Virus record (IMG/VR): IMGVR_UViG_3300037461_000164
Coordinates: 1-37,017 of that record
Direction: 5' to 3' (one strand)
Length of the DNA: 37,017 nt
From: a virus
Lineage: Duplodnaviria > Caudoviricetes
Below the pieces are notes generated by a model, which did no database searches, was not told where the DNA came from, and saw nothing but the letters and a program-made list of their open reading frames with translations. Shown in pieces: positions 24,624 through 33,826 of the stretch. Each line of letters starts with the position of its first letter. Position 1 is the first letter of the stretch. A program made the position numbers and the translations under genes.

Positions 24624-25015
24624 GGGATCAGCTCCTGCTTGAACACGTTGACCATCGCCGTGCGCGCTTTGCGCATGTCCTCATCCAGCGTGGGCCGGAT
24701 GTAGGGCTGCGCTGCCATCGAGCTGGTGCCGTATTCTTGCGCCGTGCCGTAGCGCGCCGTTTCGGCGTCTACCTCCCGGTTCAGCCCGACCTGGATGTAG
24801 TGGTAGTTTCCATCCACGTGCGGCCCGTCCACGCTCAGGTTATTGGCCAGGTTATGCGTGTCTCTCGGCACCCGCCGCAGCATCCCATCCAGCAGTACCT
24901 GCCCGCCGGCGTCCAATGCCTTGTCGGTCACCGTGTCCACGCTCTTGCCCGCCTGCTGCACGCGCTCCAGCCACTCTTCGAAGCCCTTGGTCGAGAATTT
25001 CACCCGTACCGGCAT
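24620..25015 (-). CDS. HK97 gp10-like neck protein
   Basis: VPRDTHNL...EYGTSSMAAQPYIRP. Confidence 0.9.
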   Translation of the reverse strand: MPVRVKFSTKGFEEWLERVQQAGKSVDTVTDKALDAGGQVLLDGMLRRVPRDTHNLANNLSVDGPHVDGNYHYIQVGLNREVDAETARYGTAQEYGTSSMAAQPYIRPTLDEDMRKARTAMVNVFKQELIP

Positions 25016-25016
25016 C

Positions 25017-25361
25017 TCAGTTCTCCGCCATCAGACGCACTTTGAGCTCCATGTACTCGCCGCGTTCGCCGATATTGTCGATCGACACGATCTCGTACAC
25101 GTCGCTGCCCTTCTGCACCAGGCAGGTCTCGTCCAGGCTGGCGTTGTAGCGGATCAGCACCGTGGCCGGCTTCGAAGCATTCAGCGCCGCCGCCTGCCAC
25201 ACCTCCCCGCCGTGCACGTTGCTCCACTTCGCCCACACCGTTGCAAACGAGGTGAAAGCCGCCGTCTGGAACCCGCCCGTGCCCGTGGTGACCGTGCGCG
25301 TCCCCAGCTCGATGCTGGTGCGCATCTCTCCCGGATTGGTGACCTTGCTCCCGATGATCAT
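25017..25361 (-). CDS. Head closure/head-tail adaptor (SPP1 gp16-like)
   Basis: GEMRTSI..TVWA..IRY..YEIVSI motifs. Confidence 0.88.
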   Translation of the reverse strand: MIIGSKVTNPGEMRTSIELGTRTVTTGTGGFQTAAFTSFATVWAKWSNVHGGEVWQAAALNASKPATVLIRYNASLDETCLVQKGSDVYEIVSIDNIGERGEYMELKVRLMAEN

Positions 25362-25375
25362 GTTTGCGCGCAAAC

Positions 25376-25876
25376 CTACTCGCCCAAGGGCGTCAAATGC
25401 GCCTGGAACCAGTAATCCGACAGGTCGCCCGTCGCCGTCTGCTGGATCTCGTCGTCATACGTGATCACGCTCTCGAAGCTGGCCGACTGGTCGCCCGTCA
25501 CGCCCACCAGCCCGATCAGCGCTGTCACGGCGTCGCCGGCCCGCGCTCCCGCTACGCTGATCGGCCCGGCTCCATTGCTGCCGGCAAAGCGGAAATAACG
25601 CAATGCCAGCGCCTCGAGCTGGGTTAGACATGCGCTCAGCCCCTGGCCGAGCGCCCCGCCGGCTGCCATCCCGCCCGGGTCCTCGTGCCAGCGCACCAGC
25701 AGCATCCTGGCCGCGTCCTTTGCCTCCGGCTGCACGGGATCATCCGCGGCCCAATCGTGCCCGGTTGCCCGCATGACGTAACGGTCAATCTGCGGCAGCA
25801 GGTCGATCAGGTTCGCATCGTTCTCGTCGCAGCGCAGAGCGTTCGCCGCCTCGGCCGTCGTCAGGATGTTGCCCAT
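25376..25876 (-). CDS. Head-tail connector (HK97 gp6-like) with C-terminal extension
   Basis: ILTTAEA..LR.D...ATG...AARMLLVRWHEDP; follows the major capsid gene. Confidence 0.82.
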   Translation of the reverse strand: MGNILTTAEAANALRCDENDANLIDLLPQIDRYVMRATGHDWAADDPVQPEAKDAARMLLVRWHEDPGGMAAGGALGQGLSACLTQLEALALRYFRFAGSNGAGPISVAGARAGDAVTALIGLVGVTGDQSASFESVITYDDEIQQTATGDLSDYWFQAHLTPLGE

Positions 25877-25895
25877 CAGTCACCTCCGGCATGCT

Positions 25896-25938
25896 GTAGG
25901 GGCGTGATCTAAGGCGTGATCTCAACGCCACACGCCCC
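25896..25938. repeat. REP-like palindrome with GTAG foot
   Basis: GTAG overlapping GGGGCGTG...CACGCCCC, with a nested GGCGT/ACGCC hairpin and a duplicated GGCGTGATCT. Confidence 0.6.
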
Positions 25939-25954
25939 CCATCGCATGTGCATC

Positions 25955-27103
25955 TTACCCAAGCAGGATCGCCATGGCCTCAGGCTTGACTGCCTTCACG
26001 CCCCAGGCCAGCCCCACTTCGAAAGCCACCTGGCGGTACTGCCGGTACATCGCCACCTGGAAGCTCAGCCCGGACACCGGGTCGGTGATCACGGTCACAT
26101 CGTCAGCCGCGTCGCCGCCTTCCGGCATGGTCGGCACGCGCGCCATCAGCGCCAGCGCCGACTTGCTGAAGGCCAGGTTGGCCGCGTAGCTGTTGCCGAT
26201 CGCCACGGTGTCGTTATTGACCCAGGCCACGCGCAGGCCAGGATTGGCCAACACGTAGTCCTGCTCGCCGCCGGTGGCGTGCCCGGTCTTGACCACGTAC
26301 TTGTTGGTGTCCCGCCCGGTGATGGTATTGGTCAGGATATCTCCTGCCTTGACCTGCCCGGTGCCGGTGTCCAAATGCACCGTGGTCGAGCCGACCGCAT
26401 AGCCCGCAGTCAGGTCCACCAGGTAGCCGCTGCCGGCGCCCTTGGTGTGGTTGGCCACCTGTGCGCTCTCGCGGATCATAAAGCCGAACAGATCCAACAA
26501 AACGCCCCGCCGCAGCATCTCGTCGCTGCCGGCTTCGTTAGCCTTGCTCAGCTGCGCCAGGGTGCGCAGCTTGGCGCCCGCGCTGGTGTTGATCACCAGC
26601 TGCAGGTCGGTTTTCGGTGCGCCGTTGTCCAGCAGGATTTTGAGCACCTGGGCCGCTTCGTCCAGGGTGGACCCGAACGGGGCAGTTCCGGCGGTGCCAT
26701 AAGCCCGGCTGGCGTACACGTACAGCGCTGCCAGGTCGGTCTCCACCTCGTTGACCAGGGTGCGCATCGCCTGTGCAAACTGGTCAACCAGGATCTGGTT
26801 GTACAGCCCGCCCAGGCTCTTTTGCTCCTCGCCATTCCAGCCGAACACCGCCGAGCGGCTCTTGCTGATCGTCATCGTCCCCGGACCGATGGTCTGGTCA
26901 GTCGGGGTGGGCCCGGTGGTTGCCGGGGTGATATCGCCCGCAGCGACAACCGGCACGACCGGCCAGGAGATGGTCTGGTCTTTTGCCGCCTGCTCGCCAG
27001 AGGCGTCGAACATGACTGCCGGGATGAACCCGGTCAGCTCGCGCAGGACAACGTCCAGCGACTTGTAGATGGTTGGGATCAGTCCCGTAAGTGTGTTAGC
27101 CAT
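25955..27103 (-). CDS. Major capsid protein (P22 coat-like subfamily of the HK97 fold)
   Basis: MANTLTGLIPTIY..LDVV.REL.GFIPAV N-terminus and DPVSGLSF..AWGVKAVKPE C-terminus. Confidence 0.9.
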   Translation of the reverse strand: MANTLTGLIPTIYKSLDVVLRELTGFIPAVMFDASGEQAAKDQTISWPVVPVVAAGDITPATTGPTPTDQTIGPGTMTISKSRSAVFGWNGEEQKSLGGLYNQILVDQFAQAMRTLVNEVETDLAALYVYASRAYGTAGTAPFGSTLDEAAQVLKILLDNGAPKTDLQLVINTSAGAKLRTLAQLSKANEAGSDEMLRRGVLLDLFGFMIRESAQVANHTKGAGSGYLVDLTAGYAVGSTTVHLDTGTGQVKAGDILTNTITGRDTNKYVVKTGHATGGEQDYVLANPGLRVAWVNNDTVAIGNSYAANLAFSKSALALMARVPTMPEGGDAADDVTVITDPVSGLSFQVAMYRQYRQVAFEVGLAWGVKAVKPEAMAILLG

Positions 27104-27114
27104 GATGGACCTCC

Positions 27115-27480
27115 TTAGTCCTCCAAAGTGCCGCCGGAGCGGATGTAGAGCGCCCGCTCACGCAGGCTCATTTGGTTATACTCCGCGCGCTTGATGGTCG
27201 TCGGCTGGCTGCCTTCGGCAGGCTCGGGAGTAGCGTTGGAAACGGGAACAAAGTTCTTGGCGATGTCGTTCGGACGGTTGGCCATCTGCATGGCCTCGTA
27301 CAAAGACACAGCTTCGGCGTGTTTGGACTGCGCCTCATCCAGCGCGGGACGCAGCTCAAGCGCCTTGACTTTGCTCTCATCCGTTCCCTCTCGGAAGAGT
27401 GCGTCCAGCTCACTGGCCACACGCTGCACTTCCGCTTCCGCCGCATTCACGGCGTCGAAATAGGGTTTCAGATCAAGCAT
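27115..27480 (-). CDS. Putative scaffold protein
   Basis: Acidic coiled coil ending in IKRAEYNQMS..ERA..IRSGG; lies between the protease and the major capsid gene. Confidence 0.7.
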   Translation of the reverse strand: MLDLKPYFDAVNAAEAEVQRVASELDALFREGTDESKVKALELRPALDEAQSKHAEAVSLYEAMQMANRPNDIAKNFVPVSNATPEPAEGSQPTTIKRAEYNQMSLRERALYIRSGGTLED

Positions 27481-28459
27481 TGTGTTGCTCCTTTCGCAAA
27501 ATGGTCGAAACTCGATCGCTGAGGATCTGCGCCTCGCGTATCATGTCATCGGTCAGCTGCGGCTCGCTGGGTTCCGCCGCCTCCGGGACATCCTCGTTTA
27601 TTCTCCCCGTCCCCCCTGTATCTCCTCCATCAATCAACAGCCTGGCGATGGTTTCTTCCAGAGTTCCGATCCGGTCGGCCATCCCCAGCTCCACTGCCTG
27701 GCGTGCGCCCACCACTCGCCCCTCGCCAAAGCCGTTGCGCACTGCAGACGGCTTTACGCCTCGATTGCGCGCTACGGTCTCCACAAATGCAGCGTAGGAT
27801 TCGTCCACTCGCACCTGAATCGCCGCCCGGGCTTCTTCCGCCAGCGGCTCATAGGGATTGCCTTCGGTCTTGTATTTGCCTCGGCTGATCATTGAGATCT
27901 TGATCCCTTCCATCTCGTAGGCCTTGCTCAGGTCCTTGTGCACCGCAAATACGCCGATCGAGCCCACCTCCCCCGATGGAGTGACCACTACCTCGTCCGC
28001 TGCCGTCCCGATCCAGTAAGCCGCCGAGGCCATCGTATGGTTGGCCACTGCCACGATCGGCTTACGCCCGCGCGCCTGGTAGATCTTCCTGGATAGCTCT
28101 TCGATTCCGTTCACCTGCCCGCCTGGGCTGTCCACGTCCAGGATGATCGCCCCAATCTCCGGGTCGCTCACCAGCTCGTCGAACTGCGCTCCAAAGCGCT
28201 CGGCGCTGGTCGCTCCCGATACATCGGTCATCAGGTTGGCCCGGGGGAAGATCGTCCCGAAGAGCGGCAGCACTGCCACGCTGCCGGCTCGCCGCTCCGC
28301 CGGGCGCTTGGCCCCGTGGATCCGGCTCTGCACTTCCTCGGCGTCCAGCTTCTCTCCAGCTGCATGCCGGGTTACGATCTCTTCCAGGATCGCCAGCTTG
28401 TGCGGCAGGATCGCCCAGGGCGTCTCTACAAAGGCCTGTAAAACATAGGATGGTCTCAT
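27473..28459 (-). CDS. S49 (SppA-like) head maturation protease
   Basis: LDVDSPGG, ASAAYWI, GSIGV and GKYK motifs. Confidence 0.92.
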   Translation of the reverse strand: MRPSYVLQAFVETPWAILPHKLAILEEIVTRHAAGEKLDAEEVQSRIHGAKRPAERRAGSVAVLPLFGTIFPRANLMTDVSGATSAERFGAQFDELVSDPEIGAIILDVDSPGGQVNGIEELSRKIYQARGRKPIVAVANHTMASAAYWIGTAADEVVVTPSGEVGSIGVFAVHKDLSKAYEMEGIKISMISRGKYKTEGNPYEPLAEEARAAIQVRVDESYAAFVETVARNRGVKPSAVRNGFGEGRVVGARQAVELGMADRIGTLEETIARLLIDGGDTGGTGRINEDVPEAAEPSEPQLTDDMIREAQILSDRVSTILRKEQHNA

Positions 28460-29709
28460 TCTTGTGTCTCTCCTTCTTCGACGGCCGGCGCTGCCGCCGG
28501 TTGCATTACCAGCGGCTGGATGTTGCTGGCCATGTATAGCCGGTCGGCTTCCGGCGCCGGGTCGGCGCTGCGGTCTTCCTTCTCCCGCGCCTCGTTGGGG
28601 GTCAACATGCCGTTTTGCACCCGGATCGCCAGGCTTTCGCCTCGCGTCTTGCTGTCCATTCGCAGCAAGCTTTCACGAACGAACCGGAAATAGGTAGTGG
28701 CTTGTTCAGCCCTGGAAAGCCAGCGAATGCGTGCCGCCTCTTCCCATGGCACCAGATAAGCATCCAGCGTACCCTGCAGGTACTCGATGTATTTCTGCTC
28801 GTTCGAGTTATAGGCTTCCTTGCCGCGGTTGAGCATGTGCTCCGGCAGCCCGAAGAAGTTGCAGATGTCCCGGTCATTGGCGTCGATCGACTCCAGGAAT
28901 TGCGCATCCTTGTACTTCATCTCGATCGGGCTGAATTCCACGATCTTGTTATCGAAAACTGCCAGCCGGTAGGCGTTCCCGCTCCCGCTGATCGTTTCCT
29001 CGTAAGCATCGCGCACTTTCCTGCGCGCTTCTGCGCTCAGATCTCCGGCCATCTTGACATACGCCGCCGGCAGGAAGCCTTGCTTGAACAGCATCCCCTG
29101 GGTCTTGTGCGCCGCCATCTGCCGGCCAAAGGTCTCCCGTGCAAACGTGATCACCCCTCGACCGATAAAGCCGGTGCTGTCCGGGTTGATCAGCAGATGT
29201 AGTATCTCCACCGCCGGGATGTAGGCCGTGACGCCGCTGCTGAACGTGTGCCGGTACCACAGGTTGCCGTCGAAGTCGAACACCGGCGTGGTCTTGTCCG
29301 CCGGCAGCATCAGCAGCTGCCGCGGCCCCTCGATCGGGCTCCACATATAGGCGTTCCCGTGAAACAGCAGCCACTCGACGGCCGCTTTCTTGAACAGGAA
29401 TGGCGTCCAGCCCCACAGATTGGGCGAGACCTGCAATAGATAGGCCATGTTGCGTGTCACCGCGTCCGGCTGTACCTGCTCGATATTTCGCCCTACCCGG
29501 CGGATCATCTGGAAGGGCATCTTGGCCACATCGTCGCTGATGATGTTCTTAGCCCGGTAAGCCGTGGCGATCCCCTGCGCGCCGGCCACGGTCACGTATT
29601 CGCCCGAGTCGGTATGGTAGCCCCAGGACGGCGCATATTCGGCCGTCGGGCTGGCCGCTCGATCTTCTTTGGGTTTTGGGTTCCCGCTCAGCAGGTTACT
29701 CAGCAGCAT
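28456..29709 (-). CDS. HK97-family portal protein
   Basis: PNLW..F, GNAY, EILH, DAQFLE, ICNFFGLP and LTPNEARE motifs. Confidence 0.95.
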   Translation of the reverse strand: MLLSNLLSGNPKPKEDRAASPTAEYAPSWGYHTDSGEYVTVAGAQGIATAYRAKNIISDDVAKMPFQMIRRVGRNIEQVQPDAVTRNMAYLLQVSPNLWGWTPFLFKKAAVEWLLFHGNAYMWSPIEGPRQLLMLPADKTTPVFDFDGNLWYRHTFSSGVTAYIPAVEILHLLINPDSTGFIGRGVITFARETFGRQMAAHKTQGMLFKQGFLPAAYVKMAGDLSAEARRKVRDAYEETISGSGNAYRLAVFDNKIVEFSPIEMKYKDAQFLESIDANDRDICNFFGLPEHMLNRGKEAYNSNEQKYIEYLQGTLDAYLVPWEEAARIRWLSRAEQATTYFRFVRESLLRMDSKTRGESLAIRVQNGMLTPNEAREKEDRSADPAPEADRLYMASNIQPLVMQPAAAPAVEEGETQE

Positions 29710-29866
29710 TGCGCTTCCTCATTCCTACCAGCACCGCCAGGCCGATCAACATCAGCCCTGCCGCGATCCAGGTGATAACAGCATTCCATAAGCTCAGCCC
29801 GTACAGGATGCACCCGCACCCCGCCAGCAGCAAGATATCGTCAAGCAGCAATCGGATCAGCTTCAT
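29696..29866 (-). CDS. Small 2-TM pre-portal protein
   Basis: 56 aa, hydrophobic, in the usual position before HK97-type portals. Confidence 0.75.
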   Translation of the reverse strand: MKLIRLLLDDILLLAGCGCILYGLSLWNAVITWIAAGLMLIGLAVLVGMRKRNAAE

Positions 29867-30401
29867 AGCGCCCGAATACCTCCACCAACGGTCCCGACAT
29901 CGCCCGCAGCCGCTCCACATGGGGCAGGAGTTTCTTTCCTTCCTCGATCCACGGTCGCAGGTGATGATCCAGCGGGTAATGGAAATTCGGCTCGTCGTGC
30001 TGGTACGGGTGGCAGTATTTCACCTCGCCCTGCCAGCAGTCCATCCCGCACAAAATAACCGGATTGCAGCCCATCCATAAGGCGAACCAGGCTGCCGTGT
30101 TCGAGCTGTAGAACCCGGTCCAAACCTCCATATCAAATTTGATATCCGATGTCGGATCAGGGCTGACCCGTAGAGCCTTCGTGCTCCGCACTGCGAGCTC
30201 TAATTCGGGCGTCGAGCGGGGGTGATCGTTGTAAACCATATAATCCGCCTGGCAATATAGCAGCGCATGATAGTTGACTGCGATAAGCACGCACTTGGCC
30301 GGCAGCTTTCGCATATCATCCAGCAGACTCGGCCCGCCGCCCAGCACTGCCGCCGCCCGCCCCGGGTATCGATCGCGCCATTCCGACATCATTGAAGCCA
30401 T
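29841..30401 (-). CDS. Maf/CstII/DUF115-like glycosyltransferase-fold protein
   Basis: VLGGGPSL, LIAVN, YSSNTAAWFALWMG..VILCGMD motifs; TGATG coupling at 30401. Confidence 0.72.
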   Translation of the reverse strand: MASMMSEWRDRYPGRAAAVLGGGPSLLDDMRKLPAKCVLIAVNYHALLYCQADYMVYNDHPRSTPELELAVRSTKALRVSPDPTSDIKFDMEVWTGFYSSNTAAWFALWMGCNPVILCGMDCWQGEVKYCHPYQHDEPNFHYPLDHHLRPWIEEGKKLLPHVERLRAMSGPLVEVFGRYEADPIAA

Positions 30402-30673
30402 CAGAACTCGCTCTCCCGAGCCCAAAAATCAGCCTCCGCCGCTGCCACCACCGTCCCCGTGCCTTCGAAGCGATACCAGTGCCGGCCCGCCTGGTCGATG
30501 GTCCAGTCATAGTGATAATCGCCAGTGTCATCCTTGACCACCGTGCCGGTCGTAATTGTTCCATCCGGCTCTTTTACCTTCACCGTCACCGCTGTCGGGT
30601 CAGTTGGTGTACTGCCGCTGGTGAATGCGCAGCTCAATCTGATCTTGTCGCCTACGTCGTAGATGTTTGCCAT
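30401..30673 (-). CDS. Small Ig-like virion protein
   Basis: All-beta pattern (VTVKVKEPDG...TGDYHYDW...GRHWYRFEG). Confidence 0.6.
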   Translation of the reverse strand: MANIYDVGDKIRLSCAFTSGSTPTDPTAVTVKVKEPDGTITTGTVVKDDTGDYHYDWTIDQAGRHWYRFEGTGTVVAAAEADFWARESEF

Positions 30674-30676
30674 ATC

Positions 30677-32767
30677 TCACACGTTGCTGGTGTCCGTGAC
30701 TGCTACTGCGGCAAGCAGAGCGTCTCCAAGACTTGTCCCGAAGACCGCCGCATCGCCCAGGCTTGCTCCGAATAGCGTGACGATCAGCGGTTCAGAGATC
30801 GTCACGCTGAACAAATTTGAGTCGCTGATATTCGCACGATACAATGATTCGTCGGAGATCGTCGCCTCGCCGATCACCTCGTCGATCACCAGGCCGGCAA
30901 TCAGCGCTCCTGCCGCCTGCAATGCGCCCGCTAGCAGCTTCCCGATCCTGCGCCTCAGACTGCCTTCCGGGGCAATCTCCGCCACAAGCGTCTTGCTAGT
31001 CTGCCGAACCAGCTCGCCGCCCAGGCTGAGCGTCCCGCCCAGCGCCAACAGCGTGGCCTTGACCGTGGCCGCCACGCCCGAGCTGGTCACCGCACCGGTT
31101 AGGGCTTTTCCTGTGCGCTTGGCGACCTCTCCCGCCATCCCCAGCGCACCTGTCAGCACCGTTTCCACGCGCCTGGCCAGGCTGCCTTCCGGGGCAATCA
31201 TCCCGGCCAATACCTTGCGCGCCGAGATCACCAGCGCCCCACTCGCCGTCAATGTCCCATCAACTGCCTGGAAGAATAAATCGCCGGATCCGGATATGAA
31301 TTGAGCAGCCAGCTCCCCCGCGCCGGCGAGTGTTCCCCAGAGCGCCGTCGCTATGCGCTTGACCAATCCCCCATCGGGGGTAATCAGTCCGCCAAGCCCT
31401 TTGCCTGTCCTTTTGGTTAGCTCTCCGGCCAGGCCGAGCGCCCCATCGACGGCCATCAAGGCTGCCTTAACGGTTGTCATAATGCCCGAGCTGCTCAATG
31501 CACCGGTCAGGGCTGTGCTCGTGCGCTTGGCAACCTCGCCTGCCGTAGACAGTGCGCCTTCGACGATCTTCGCCACACGCCGGGCCAGCGCACCGTCCGG
31601 GGAGAGCGCGCCGCTCACGATCTTGCCGGCATGTTTGACGACTTCGCCGGCCGGGGCCAGCTCGCCGCCCAGGCTGATCAAAGCGGATTTGATGGTGGAT
31701 ACTATGCCGTCCGGAGTCAGCCCGCCGGATAAGAATGTCTGTGTGCGCTTGGCGATTTCGCCCGCCGAGGTCAGCGCTCCGGATAATATCTTGCGTGCCG
31801 AGTTGATCAACCCCCCATCGGGGGTTATAGCTCCTGCCAGTGTCTTCCCGGTTCGCAAGGCCAGCGCCCCCGCGCTGGTGAGCGTCCCGGATATAGCCAG
31901 CAATGCAATTTTGGTTGTTGCGGCAAGACCATCCGGAATCAATTCTCCCGCCATGGTCTTGGTCGTTCGCTGGATGGTCGCCCCGGCGCTGGCCAGTGCT
32001 CCAGACAGCGCCTTTTTGGCCCGTTGGATCAATGCCCCGGCCGGCGTATGGTCGCCGCTCAGCGTCTTGCCGGTGCGCATCACCGGCGTCCCTGCAGGCG
32101 TGACCCCGCCTGCTACCGCCTGCTCGTATTCCGTGCCCGAGCCGGCAAAGCTCAATGTATCGGCGAATTCGACCCAGGGGTTATAGTCATTGACCGCCTC
32201 ATTGTCGTCCTCGGGCAGGTCATTGGCCGCCGCGTCGCCCACTCGCAGATCGGCGTCATGGCTGTCGCCGCCCGCTCCGGTCGAAGGATCGCCGCCGGTG
32301 CCGATCTCGATCACCAACCGGTCGTTGGCGTTGATCGCCAGCGAGGAGGAGGTTGCGGTCAATCGCCGGTTTACGGCGATCGATGTGCTGGCGAATATCT
32401 CGGTATTGTCACGCGTGAGCGCCAGCACCGTGCCGCGCACGGTCGAGCCGTCGTTCGACACCACCCGGATGGATATCGCCACATACTGGTTGGCCCTGGC
32501 GTTCTCCTCCATCGCCCGGATTTGCAGCTCGATTGCCTGGGCGCCGATCGTCTGCGCCGCCAGAGGCGCGGAAACCCATTGACCATATAGATGATCCGTG
32601 TCCGCGGCGTCTGTATCGCCATCCTTGGAGATAAATGCCATGGAAGACCCGGCCTTCGTCGTCGCCGTCGGGTAGCGCGCCGCAATACCAGTGTTGTCCC
32701 AATTGGAGTCGTAGCTGGGAGACACCGGCGCAGAACCGGACGAAGGCAGATAAAACCGGGTCGCCAA
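30677..32767 (-). CDS. Repeat-rich putative virion fibre/decoration protein
   Basis: Beta-rich N-domain followed by many ~19-aa repeats (LSGALTxAGxxxKRxxK). Confidence 0.7.
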   Translation of the reverse strand: MATRFYLPSSGSAPVSPSYDSNWDNTGIAARYPTATTKAGSSMAFISKDGDTDAADTDHLYGQWVSAPLAAQTIGAQAIELQIRAMEENARANQYVAISIRVVSNDGSTVRGTVLALTRDNTEIFASTSIAVNRRLTATSSSLAINANDRLVIEIGTGGDPSTGAGGDSHDADLRVGDAAANDLPEDDNEAVNDYNPWVEFADTLSFAGSGTEYEQAVAGGVTPAGTPVMRTGKTLSGDHTPAGALIQRAKKALSGALASAGATIQRTTKTMAGELIPDGLAATTKIALLAISGTLTSAGALALRTGKTLAGAITPDGGLINSARKILSGALTSAGEIAKRTQTFLSGGLTPDGIVSTIKSALISLGGELAPAGEVVKHAGKIVSGALSPDGALARRVAKIVEGALSTAGEVAKRTSTALTGALSSSGIMTTVKAALMAVDGALGLAGELTKRTGKGLGGLITPDGGLVKRIATALWGTLAGAGELAAQFISGSGDLFFQAVDGTLTASGALVISARKVLAGMIAPEGSLARRVETVLTGALGMAGEVAKRTGKALTGAVTSSGVAATVKATLLALGGTLSLGGELVRQTSKTLVAEIAPEGSLRRRIGKLLAGALQAAGALIAGLVIDEVIGEATISDESLYRANISDSNLFSVTISEPLIVTLFGASLGDAAVFGTSLGDALLAAVAVTDTSNV

Positions 32768-32770
32768 CGA

Positions 32771-33379
32771 TTACCCTCCGGCAGTCAGGGTCAGCGAGTA
32801 GGTAAATTGAATGCTATCGCCGCTCACCACATTGATCGCCGCGAACTCGCTGCGATCCATCAGGGTCGGCCCGGTCGAGGCATTGAACAGGCCATGCTCG
32901 GTGATCGCCTTGGTTGTAGTGTAGGAGATCGTCCCGACACTCTGGTAAACGTTGTGCGCCGATTCAGTCTGCGTCCCGGTCGCCCGGCTCTCGCCGTCGG
33001 TAGTCTCGATGTCGGTATCTGTGATCGCCGGGTCGGTGATGCCTACGCCCGAGTCGTGGTATTTGAAGTCTCCAAAAGCGCTGGTTTCGGTCTGCAGCTG
33101 GTCGGTGACGAAGTCCACGAAGGCCGTGGTCACCACCCGGAAATCCACCACACCGAAGCGGATGTGCTCGCCGCTCGCCTTGATCAGCGTGATCTCCAGC
33201 TTGCCGTAGGCCGTCATCAGCCCGAAGAAGTTGGCGATCGGGTTGATGATAAATACCCCGATCAGGCTGATGATCTTCGACCAGTGCAGCCAGTTGCGCA
33301 GCTGCCAGACCAGCCCCGGGCCTGGCGCCCGGAGATGCCGAATTCCAAGTTTGCCGTTTATGCTCATGTTCCCGTTCAT
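32771..33379 (-). CDS. Collar/fibre-base-like structural protein
   Basis: VVTTA...AITEHGLFNASTG..LMDR..F..INVVSGDSIQFTY pattern. Confidence 0.6.
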   Translation of the reverse strand: MNGNMSINGKLGIRHLRAPGPGLVWQLRNWLHWSKIISLIGVFIINPIANFFGLMTAYGKLEITLIKASGEHIRFGVVDFRVVTTAFVDFVTDQLQTETSAFGDFKYHDSGVGITDPAITDTDIETTDGESRATGTQTESAHNVYQSVGTISYTTTKAITEHGLFNASTGPTLMDRSEFAAINVVSGDSIQFTYSLTLTAGG

Positions 33380-33388
33380 CTCTGCTCC

Positions 33389-33826
33389 TTATTCACAATT
33401 TCCATATACGCCCAGGATATGATCTGCTCCCTGGCGCTCATCTCGGATCACCAGACAGCCGTCCTCGCTGGTCAGGCTGATCGCCGAGCCGTCAGGGTTA
33501 TTCAGCACGATCCCCACCGGCCGGCGGTTGATCGAGCTGCTGTTGAATTCGAACAGCACCCGTCCGTCCTCCGTAAGGATCGGCCCAAACCCAGCAAATG
33601 CCGCACCATTCTCAGCATCCAGTTTCCCTGGCGGTACGCACCACACCTGCACGCCGTTCACCTGCACCCGCCAGGCGCAATCGGTCATACCTGTCATGCT
33701 GGCAAAAAACGCCGCTCCGGCTGGACGTGTGACGAAGATCCCTTCGTAATACGCTGCGCCCAGCAGCATCGCTGCCAGCAGCAGGATATTCACCACGATC
33801 AGGATCGACTGCACCTTATTTCTCAT
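33389..33826 (-). CDS. Membrane-anchored/secreted hypothetical protein
   Basis: MRNK followed by a hydrophobic helix; start ATG 33826 (ATGA overlap). Confidence 0.65.
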   Translation of the reverse strand: MRNKVQSILIVVNILLLAAMLLGAAYYEGIFVTRPAGAAFFASMTGMTDCAWRVQVNGVQVWCVPPGKLDAENGAAFAGFGPILTEDGRVLFEFNSSSINRRPVGIVLNNPDGSAISLTSEDGCLVIRDERQGADHILGVYGNCE

